64,000 bases of DNA from Hyphomicrobiales bacterium (GTDB lineage: Bacteria > Pseudomonadota > Alphaproteobacteria > Rhizobiales > Xanthobacteraceae). Made by a program: the position numbers and the translations under genes. Positions 15,260 to 22,807 of the stretch are shown here, one piece after another. The stretch covers positions 30,601 to 94,600 of the forward strand of contig PLBP01000013.1 in the NCBI GenBank assembly GCA_003135415.1, in the 5' to 3' direction. Position 1 is the stretch's first letter. Each line of letters starts with the position of its first letter. The notes below the pieces were generated by a model, which did no database searches, had not been told where the DNA came from, and worked only from the letters and a program-made list of their open reading frames with translations.

Positions 15260-15500
15260 TAAAGATGGTGCCGTTCTTGATCTCTACCGATTGCCCCTCA
15301 ACTAGCGTACCCTCTCGCGGCTCCTTCGCGTTTCGGTACGTGACCGTAAACATGATGTTCGGGCCGGTCGGCACCGGGTTGAATGCCAGCGCGACTACCG
15401 CGGCAAATGAAAGCCTCTCTTCAGCTACCTTTTTCTCCTGTCCGTTCACAATGACCTTGAAGGTCTTTTCGTGTTCTTTGTCTTCGTTAGGATTTGCCAT
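15234..15500 (-). CDS. Ubiquitin-like beta-grasp protein (multiubiquitin-family, single domain)
   Basis: Internal ATG of track ORF 15234-15545, preceded by AAGGAG. 88 aa: MANPNEDKEHEKTFKVIVNGQEKKV..LSFAAVVALAF..PTGPN..FTVTY......GTLVEGQSVEIKNGTIFNVTQTDKS, resembling bacterial multiubiquitin-domain proteins. Its last 26 nt overlap the E1 start. Confidence 0.7.
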   Translation of the reverse strand: MANPNEDKEHEKTFKVIVNGQEKKVAEERLSFAAVVALAFNPVPTGPNIMFTVTYRNAKEPREGTLVEGQSVEIKNGTIFNVTQTDKS

Positions 15501-15664
15501 ATGAATCTCCTTAGTGATTATTTTAAAAGGTGGTGCCTGGCGCACGTTGTCTAAATTCTATCACATCCAGCTGAATCAGCATTACATCCAGGAATCACTT
15601 GGCCGAATATACCACAGAGACAGGCGAGAATTCTATCTGTAAGCAAGCTATCAGCCACCGTCAC

Positions 15665-16291
15665 CTATAGACCGAGGGCTTTCATCTTCGCGCGAATATG
15701 CGGAGAGCTTTTTGATTCTCTAGGAAATCCTCCTTTCTCATCGAAGAAGGTGATTTCTTTAGGCGGATGGTTAGCCTTTTTCGGAAACAAGGCTGCAATC
15801 TTTTCGATGTTCGTGTATGGCTCAACTTCCAACTTACTCCCTTCAATCGCTGGATTTTCTTTTATAAGTTCGCCTACTGCTCCGGCCGCTATTTGCCAAT
15901 ATGTGGTAACTGCTATTTCGTGTTCAACAACAGACCCCTCATGAAATTTTTCGAGATGCTCCAGTAATTCTTCCGTTGAGTTCCATAGAGTGTCCCACTT
16001 GAGCGATCCTTCCGAGTAATCAATTTTTGTCGATTCGTGCAGCATCAGGAAAAAAGCTATTTTTAAGAGAGGGAGACCTTTCTCAGCCTGCATAGCGAAT
16101 ACATCAAGCCAGTTTCCCTCAAGTTTCCCGTACAGATGGGGGTAGTCTTTGAATCTTTCTTTCCTTTCTTGTTCCCATTCAGCCTCTGACTTTTCGTTAG
16201 CTACTGCTTCTTTTTCTTCCTCTTTCTGGCGATAAATGCGCCAAAGAATGTAGGCAATTATCGCGAGAAGAATTACTACTATTATGCTCAT
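15665..16291 (-). CDS. Membrane-anchored protein of unknown function (N-terminal TM helix, charged coiled segment)
   Basis: 208 aa. MSIIVVILLAIIAYILWRIY, then QKEEEKEAVANEKSEAEWEQERKER. Low-GC codon usage like the Ubl cassette, 120 bp upstream on the same strand. Confidence 0.6.
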   Translation of the reverse strand: MSIIVVILLAIIAYILWRIYRQKEEEKEAVANEKSEAEWEQERKERFKDYPHLYGKLEGNWLDVFAMQAEKGLPLLKIAFFLMLHESTKIDYSEGSLKWDTLWNSTEELLEHLEKFHEGSVVEHEIAVTTYWQIAAGAVGELIKENPAIEGSKLEVEPYTNIEKIAALFPKKANHPPKEITFFDEKGGFPRESKSSPHIRAKMKALGL

Positions 16292-16416
16292 AGATGGCAG
16301 CGCGGAATATCTCCATTATCCAACAAGATATGATTTTGGCTAGGCGTGTAAATTTGCCCAATGAACCAGCGTGAACATGGTGATACTAACAAGCTGCGAG
16401 CGAGGCGGCAGCGCCA

Positions 16417-18363
16417 CTACTCTACATATCCGTTTTGCGCCCAGTCAGAGCCACGTTTGGAGGCGGGGGCATCGGGACCCAACTCGTCAATAAACTGGCT
16501 GGCTACAGTGGTCGCAATGGCGCCTATCCCGGAAGCTACTCGCGCTCCGATCTTCCATGCAAATTTACGTCGCATGCGAACGGTAGACGAGATCACGAGA
16601 GTTTCTGTGCAGCGCGTAATCGCTACATAAAATAATCGACGTTGCTCTTCCAGCGTCGCCTGTGCTTCTTCGGCCGTTTCATCTGCGTTTACAAACGGTA
16701 TGAGACCTTGCGTGCACCCAGAAATTATCGTGACCTTGCTGGTCAATCCTTTGGATTTATGCAGACTCATCACGCGTACGTAGTCAACCTCTTCAGGCAT
16801 CGACGGCTGTGTCACGCTGGTTCTAAGACAGTCGAGTAGATCATTAACCGATTCCATTTCGGGGAGGTCCAAAAGTGCTGCTTCACGCATGACGCTGCAC
16901 GCATCGCTACCGGCAGGCACCAACGTGTCAACTAGATCAGAAAGATTGCGTGGCCGCAGATCCTCCAAAATCTGGATTAGTTCGCGATACTTTTGGACTA
17001 AATCGTTTGTGTGGGGCAGTGTCAGCGCGCCTGCGACACAAGCATCGAGTGCAGCCTTAGGCGAAACGTTAGATTGTTCGCAGTGCTGCCTTAAACGCTG
17101 ATATGCATTGCGCCGCGCCGATGGACTGCTGTGGCCAAGCCACCAACGGAGAGCGACTCTATCCTCACCGTCGACAAGCAGCGATAGAAGAGCGAACGCG
17201 CGTTGGGCGTCGTCTTCCTCCAGAGCCTCTTCGTGATAAAAACTATGCACGGGAACATCCCGCTCTTGAAGTCGATCTCTGATCGCATATCCGAGTAGCC
17301 GTCTCGGAGTAAGGATCAATATCTCGCCGGGCGAAATACCTCTCGCCACAAGTGTGCGAACATACTCCGCAATGCCATTCGCCTCTTCCTCAACGCTGTC
17401 CCATTGCACTAGGTGAATTTCCCCAGCGGCGTTGCCAGGAAGGGGCTGCAAATGGGGTCCGGCAGCTCCGGGATGATTGTGGCCAATGAGATGGTCGGCA
17501 AACGCGACAACACGGGTGGGACATCGGCGACATTCGCGAAGAACCTCATCGTGTGTACCCGGGTGACGCGTGTCATAGGACTGTATGCCATCGGGATTTG
17601 CGTGCCTGAATCGATAAATCGATTGGTCCACATCACCGACAATTGCGATTGCGCGATTACCTGATAAAAGTTGGAGTAGGTCTTGCTCGGCCCTGTTGAG
17701 GTCCTGATATTCATCGACGATAACGTGGTCAAATGCCGCTCGCGCTTCGCAGCCAGGGTTGTTGCGCAGAAAGCGGAGAGCCTCAGGAACTAGTTCACCA
17801 ATAAGCATGGCTCGGTGGAAACGAAGCCAACTGATCAAGGCTGTTTGGAACGCTCGATCCATCGGGTCTTGCGGCCAACCCGCTGCATCCGATTGGAGTC
17901 GAGCCCACGCCGCCTCAAATGCGCGTATCCGCTTTGTACAATCTCGCTTCGGGCCGAAGGCGCCCATGATGACCAAGTCATCGAGCATCGTGCCGCCTTC
18001 AAACTGAAGGACGCCATATTTTGAAAAGGTAATGACCGGGCGGGCGACTCGTCCGAGGTACTGAAACACTGCCTGCTGGCTCAATAAACCAAAGCAGAAC
18101 GCATGAAGCGTTCCTGCTCGTATGTTCTCAGAGCCAGGCACGCCAAGGTCATGCAGATCATCGACAAGGCTGGCTGCTGCATTGCGTGTGAAGGTAACCG
18201 CCAGAATGCGTCTCGCGTCTTGGCCACCTTCCAGAAGCCGCGCTGCTCGCCGCTTCATTGCGAAAGACTTGCCGGTACCGGGCCCGGCCATCACTCGCAA
18301 AGGCGTTCTATCCGTGGCCGCAATATCTCTTGCGGTCCCAACTAATCCATCATCCCAAGCCAT
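16417..18363 (-). CDS. UvrD/Rep-family SF1 helicase
   Basis: 648 aa. Walker A AGPGTGKS, motif II VIVDEYQDLN, ..VGDVDQSIYRFR.., and C-terminal ..MSLHKSKGL..LFYVAITR... Confidence 0.85.
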   Translation of the reverse strand: MAWDDGLVGTARDIAATDRTPLRVMAGPGTGKSFAMKRRAARLLEGGQDARRILAVTFTRNAAASLVDDLHDLGVPGSENIRAGTLHAFCFGLLSQQAVFQYLGRVARPVITFSKYGVLQFEGGTMLDDLVIMGAFGPKRDCTKRIRAFEAAWARLQSDAAGWPQDPMDRAFQTALISWLRFHRAMLIGELVPEALRFLRNNPGCEARAAFDHVIVDEYQDLNRAEQDLLQLLSGNRAIAIVGDVDQSIYRFRHANPDGIQSYDTRHPGTHDEVLRECRRCPTRVVAFADHLIGHNHPGAAGPHLQPLPGNAAGEIHLVQWDSVEEEANGIAEYVRTLVARGISPGEILILTPRRLLGYAIRDRLQERDVPVHSFYHEEALEEDDAQRAFALLSLLVDGEDRVALRWWLGHSSPSARRNAYQRLRQHCEQSNVSPKAALDACVAGALTLPHTNDLVQKYRELIQILEDLRPRNLSDLVDTLVPAGSDACSVMREAALLDLPEMESVNDLLDCLRTSVTQPSMPEEVDYVRVMSLHKSKGLTSKVTIISGCTQGLIPFVNADETAEEAQATLEEQRRLFYVAITRCTETLVISSTVRMRRKFAWKIGARVASGIGAIATTVASQFIDELGPDAPASKRGSDWAQNGYVE

Positions 18364-18419
18364 ATAGGCATCTTACTCGAAGCGCAGTTCGTTGCCACAC
18401 GAGCGTATAAACGCGTGGT

Positions 18420-19589
18420 CTAGCCAGGCGGCAAAGTCAGCGCACTGAAAGGCTTTGATGGCATGCCGTCGATCATGAGCTTGAGATAAATGCGGTGGTT
18501 CGGAAGCTGCAGTAGGTCTATCTGCTCGAAGCGCTGCACGAATTCACGTTCAAGCAGCGGCGCATCGTCAGAGCCGACGCGAAATGAAATAAGAGTGCCA
18601 GCATTGCCTAGGACCGCGTGCCTGATGTCCGGGTCCAACTGGTGCAAATATTGATTGGCGACAGTAAATCCGACACGGTATTTGCGAAGCTCGGAAAACA
18701 TATTGACGAGTGCGAGCGTCGTGAAGCTCTGGAATTCATCGACATAGACGAAAAAGTCGCGCCGCTTCTCCGCCTGTATGTCCGCACGACTGAAAGCCGC
18801 AAGCCCTATCGTAGTCACCAGCAAGCCCCCGAGCAGCGACGAACTGTCATCGCCCAGCCTACCCTTGGCGAGATTCACTAGAAGCACCCCGCCCTCATCC
18901 ATTACTCTCCGAACGTGCAGGTCTTTCTCTGGCTTTGTTAGAATCCGGTTCAGCAGCGGATCGGCCAAGAACGCACCGATCTTATTTTGTATTGGCGCGA
19001 TACCATCCGCGCGGTAGCCGAACGTGAATCGTTCGAATTCCTTTTCCAAGAAATTCCGAACAGTCTCGTTCTGGAGCGAATGGGCGACTTTTTTGCGATA
19101 TTTCTGATCTGTCATCAGCCGGAGGATGTCGTGCAGCGTAGCGTCCGGCTGCTCCAACAGGGCGAGCAGGACATTGCGCAGGATGTGTTCCATGCGCACG
19201 CCCCACGAGTCCGCCCACATCTTCTTGAGAACCTCCATGAGCCCGGACGCAGCGAGCGAAATGAACTCTCCGCGTACTTGCCGCAGGGGATTGTACCCAT
19301 ATGGCTGTAAAGGATCGGACGCGTTGAGGTAGATGGTATCCATGCGACGAGAGACGGGAATTTGCGAGGCGACTCGCTCGACCAAGTCCCCATGCGGGTC
19401 AACAAGCACGAAGCCATTTCCGCGCTTCAAGTCCTGCAATGCCATGCCTTCAATAAGCGTCGACTTGCCCGTGCCGGTTTTGCCGATGATGTAGATGTGC
19501 GAGAACCGGTCTTCGGTCTTGATGCCAAACGCGCGGTTGTCGTTGCGGAAGTCGACGCGGGCGATATTTATGATTCCTAATGAGGACAT
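18420..19589 (-). CDS. Soluble TrwB/TraD (T4CP)-like P-loop ATPase
   Basis: 389 aa. Walker A IIGKTGTGKST, ..VLVDPHGDL.., Walker B FFVYVDEFQSF, ..VANQYLHQL... No TM segment. 56 bp upstream of the UvrD-like gene on the same strand. Confidence 0.8.
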   Translation of the reverse strand: MSSLGIINIARVDFRNDNRAFGIKTEDRFSHIYIIGKTGTGKSTLIEGMALQDLKRGNGFVLVDPHGDLVERVASQIPVSRRMDTIYLNASDPLQPYGYNPLRQVRGEFISLAASGLMEVLKKMWADSWGVRMEHILRNVLLALLEQPDATLHDILRLMTDQKYRKKVAHSLQNETVRNFLEKEFERFTFGYRADGIAPIQNKIGAFLADPLLNRILTKPEKDLHVRRVMDEGGVLLVNLAKGRLGDDSSSLLGGLLVTTIGLAAFSRADIQAEKRRDFFVYVDEFQSFTTLALVNMFSELRKYRVGFTVANQYLHQLDPDIRHAVLGNAGTLISFRVGSDDAPLLEREFVQRFEQIDLLQLPNHRIYLKLMIDGMPSKPFSALTLPPG

Positions 19590-20087
19590 ACGGTTTGCGC
19601 ATCATCGTGCACTCACGGCATCCCGCTAGGCGGATAAATGTGCCAACGGTGAGCATTCAGCCGTCTTGATATTTCCGACTGATCTTGTTTAATTTTTTCT
19701 TGGAGATTCAGATTCGAAAATTGAGACAGAAAAGTTGTTGTAATTCACTTTTCTTCAAAATCTGACGCTAAGCGAAGTACTATCTCATTCGGAGACTCGT
19801 TCACTAAGGACGTAATATAACTAGCTAGATAATTTAGCTCCTCCTCTATGAAGAGATGGTCCCTACGACAAGGACGAATGTCCTGCGTAGGTGAATCTCG
19901 AACTGAGGTGGAACAATGAACATGGTCTTGTCGTCCGCCCTATAAGGCCGACGAAATTGGAGGAAGTCGGGTTTGGAAACGTCCTCAGTAAGCCCATTGA
20001 AACATATTGAGCGGACGAACGAATTTCATATAGCGGGCCGGATACAGCATGGGGATACAGTATGCTGTCTCGTATCGCCTTGGCACT

Positions 20088-21230
20088 TCAGAAGACCTGA
20101 TTGAGCATCGCAGGAATTAGGCAACCAAGCTCGGTTGCCGCTCCGGCGCTGGAGGCGCGTGCGCGTTTTGCTTTGGCCTGCAATGCATCAAACCATTGTT
20201 GATCTTCAAGCGATGGCAGCGGAACTTCGAGCGCTTCAAGCGCTTGCACGCCGAGCGTCCGGTTGCGACCGGCTCCGCCCGGTGAAGCCTCGCCGAGGCG
20301 CTGTAGCCCCTCATTGGTGAGGAAGAAAAAGCGCAAAAACTCCGACGTGGCCAGCTTGGGCTCGGGCACACAGGTAAGAAATCGATGTGAACCTACGCGG
20401 CCATCATCTTCTTCCTTTGCGATGGCTACCGCACCTTCCCAAGCAAAGACGATATTGAATAAAAGATCGCCTTTCTCAATTCGGAACAGTCGCTTCGTGC
20501 CAACGTCCAACCCAGAAAGTTCTGGCTTATGGAATGTCCCTTTGCCGAATGAGCGTACCCCTAGTTCTGGATATCGGGCCTCAAGATCGATCTCGACTGC
20601 TCGTCTAACGAGCGGAGCCACAACGCTCATGCAGGCGCGGGGTGCTCCGGCGACGATCTTTTGAAATCCCTTTGTGAGTACTGCGACGAGCTCGGCCTCA
20701 ATGGCTATTCCTTTGCGATTCCGGGCTTCGATTCCTGCAGATGCCGCATCAAGGTTCTGTAGGATTCGGCGCTGATCTGGCACCGGAGGCAATGGAATTG
20801 TGTGATTTAAAAAACGATCTTCCCTCAAACGTACTCGGTTGGTCGAGCCTTCGCTTGAGACGCGACAAAGATCAACAAACCAATCTGTTTTGCTCAGCCA
20901 GCCCAGAAATTCCGGGAGTAAACGCTTTTCGTGCGCTTCAAAAACGGGAAAATCCTGAGAAACGACTCCTCCATCTAGGGTATCTGGCACAATGCCAAAT
21001 GCTCCGTGACGCGCATCGATCTTAGAAACGATAAATTGCCTAGCTCGGACTTTGATCTGACTGCTCGCAGCGATACCCGAACCCTTGACTATCCGTCGGA
21101 GTATAACGCCTGCACCCCACATTCTTACGGTGACTTGGCGATAGTCCGTATCGGGATCAAGATTGATCCAATCAGCTTTCTTTGTGAGAACATCGCCCAA
21201 TCGAACCTGCGGCCAACGCGCGGTGTTCAT
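20088..21230 (-). CDS. hsdS: Type I restriction-modification specificity subunit
   Basis: 380 aa with two target-recognition-domain halves (..VRLGDV.., ..SKIDARHGAFGIVP.., ..LFNIVFAWEGAVA..). 4-nt overlap with hsdM. Confidence 0.85.
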   Translation of the reverse strand: MNTARWPQVRLGDVLTKKADWINLDPDTDYRQVTVRMWGAGVILRRIVKGSGIAASSQIKVRARQFIVSKIDARHGAFGIVPDTLDGGVVSQDFPVFEAHEKRLLPEFLGWLSKTDWFVDLCRVSSEGSTNRVRLREDRFLNHTIPLPPVPDQRRILQNLDAASAGIEARNRKGIAIEAELVAVLTKGFQKIVAGAPRACMSVVAPLVRRAVEIDLEARYPELGVRSFGKGTFHKPELSGLDVGTKRLFRIEKGDLLFNIVFAWEGAVAIAKEEDDGRVGSHRFLTCVPEPKLATSEFLRFFFLTNEGLQRLGEASPGGAGRNRTLGVQALEALEVPLPSLEDQQWFDALQAKAKRARASSAGAATELGCLIPAMLNQVF

Positions 21231-22789
21231 ATGCGCCGCTCAATCACTAATTTAATTTCATTGAGGATCGCCAGGACCTCACGTTCCTTGGTGATCGCGC
21301 TCTCAATGATTTCTGTGGGCGGCCGATGATCAAACGCCTCTTTGGCATGAGGATTTTTCAAATCGAGATTTACGGACACACCAAGTCCGGCATCGTCGCG
21401 TTTGATTAGTTCGGAAGCTTTGGCCTTCCAAGCACGAGGCCCTTCTTTCCGGTCATTCCACCAAGCAAGGCACTCAGCAAATTCTTCGTACTGCAAAGCA
21501 TTTGTTTTCGAGTATTTGCGCTTGCCATTCGGTGCCGATTGTTCCCAATACCAAATTTCATCCGTTGGTCCCGACGTGTCGAAAAAGATCAAGTTAGTTG
21601 CAATATCCGTGTACGGAGAAAATACGCCTTCAGGCAGCCGAACCACGGTGTGAAGGTTGAATTGAGTGAGTAGGTCTGCCTTGATGCGCGCCGCAACCCC
21701 GTCACCGAACAAAATGCCGTGCGGCACGATCACACCGGCGCGGCCGTGTCCGGCGCGCTTCAGCCGCCGCATTATCAGTTGCAAAAATAAGAGCGCTGTC
21801 TCCGCAGTGCGTCGATCCTCAGGGAAATTAGTAAGAACACCCGTTTCTTCCTCACCGCCGAAGGGCGGATTGGTCAAGATAACCTCGACGCGGTCACGCT
21901 CACCGATCTCGGCGAGACGAAACCGGAGAGCATTGCCAGGATCGATCTGAGGGGATTCAAGCCCGTGAAAGAGCAGATTCATCTGTGCGAGCATGAACGG
22001 CAATGTCTTTGGCTCGCAGCCGCGCAGCGAGGACTTTTGAAGAACCTTCCGCTTTTGAACCGTGTCGGCTTGGCCGGCGAGATGGTTGTAGGCCTCGGCT
22101 AGAAAACCGCCTGTTCCACATGCTGGATCAAGAACGATTTCACCAAGCTTTGGATTTACTACCTCGACCATGAATCGAATGACCGGGCGCGGCGTGTAGA
22201 ACTCGCCACTATCGCCGGCCGCGTCGCGCATTTCGCGCAGAAGGCCTTCATAGAGACGGCTTAGTGTATGGATTTCTTCGGACGAATCGAAGTGGATAGC
22301 GTCGACGAGATTGATCACGTCGCGCAGAAGATATCCGCTTTCCATACGGTTTGAGAGACCCCGAAAAACGGTCGCGACCACATCGCGCCGATCGCGGCCT
22401 CCGTTCCGACCCCGCAGGCTCCGCAAGTACGCAAAGAGTCCAGGCCCTTTGCTCCCGTCAGGCCGGACCGCCTCATCAGCTATGATGAATTTGATAAGGT
22501 CCGGTCCGGTAATGCCATCATCCTGAGCAGCCCAATCGCGCCAGCGATAAGGTGGATCGATCGCCGATTCGAAATCCTTGTCGGCAAGGGTCGCCTCATC
22601 CTCCTGGAGCCGTTCCATGTCGTCCAAAAACTTTAGAAACATGATCCAGGTGAGCATTGGTAGGCGATCAAGGTCGCCGTTGAGCCCCTTATCTTTGCGC
22701 ATAATCTTTCGCGCCGACTTCACGATGCTGTCGAGGCGCTGAACCGTTGTTTTGGGGTCGTTATTCTTTTTTAGTCGGGCCATAGTCAT
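21227..22789 (-). CDS. hsdM: Type I restriction-modification N6-adenine DNA methyltransferase subunit
   Basis: 520 aa. HsdM N-terminal domain, SAM motif ..VLDPACGTGGFL.., catalytic ..LTNPPFGG... Confidence 0.9.
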   Translation of the reverse strand: MTMARLKKNNDPKTTVQRLDSIVKSARKIMRKDKGLNGDLDRLPMLTWIMFLKFLDDMERLQEDEATLADKDFESAIDPPYRWRDWAAQDDGITGPDLIKFIIADEAVRPDGSKGPGLFAYLRSLRGRNGGRDRRDVVATVFRGLSNRMESGYLLRDVINLVDAIHFDSSEEIHTLSRLYEGLLREMRDAAGDSGEFYTPRPVIRFMVEVVNPKLGEIVLDPACGTGGFLAEAYNHLAGQADTVQKRKVLQKSSLRGCEPKTLPFMLAQMNLLFHGLESPQIDPGNALRFRLAEIGERDRVEVILTNPPFGGEEETGVLTNFPEDRRTAETALLFLQLIMRRLKRAGHGRAGVIVPHGILFGDGVAARIKADLLTQFNLHTVVRLPEGVFSPYTDIATNLIFFDTSGPTDEIWYWEQSAPNGKRKYSKTNALQYEEFAECLAWWNDRKEGPRAWKAKASELIKRDDAGLGVSVNLDLKNPHAKEAFDHRPPTEIIESAITKEREVLAILNEIKLVIERRI

Positions 22790-22807
22790 TTTTCTTTTGG
22801 TTGAGGG

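Noticed and set aside
20041-20077. Hairpin after the hsdS stop as a defined terminator feature
   Set aside because: The stem is imperfect (internal bulge) and no clear U-tract follows on the minus strand. It is mentioned only within the AT-rich spacer finding.
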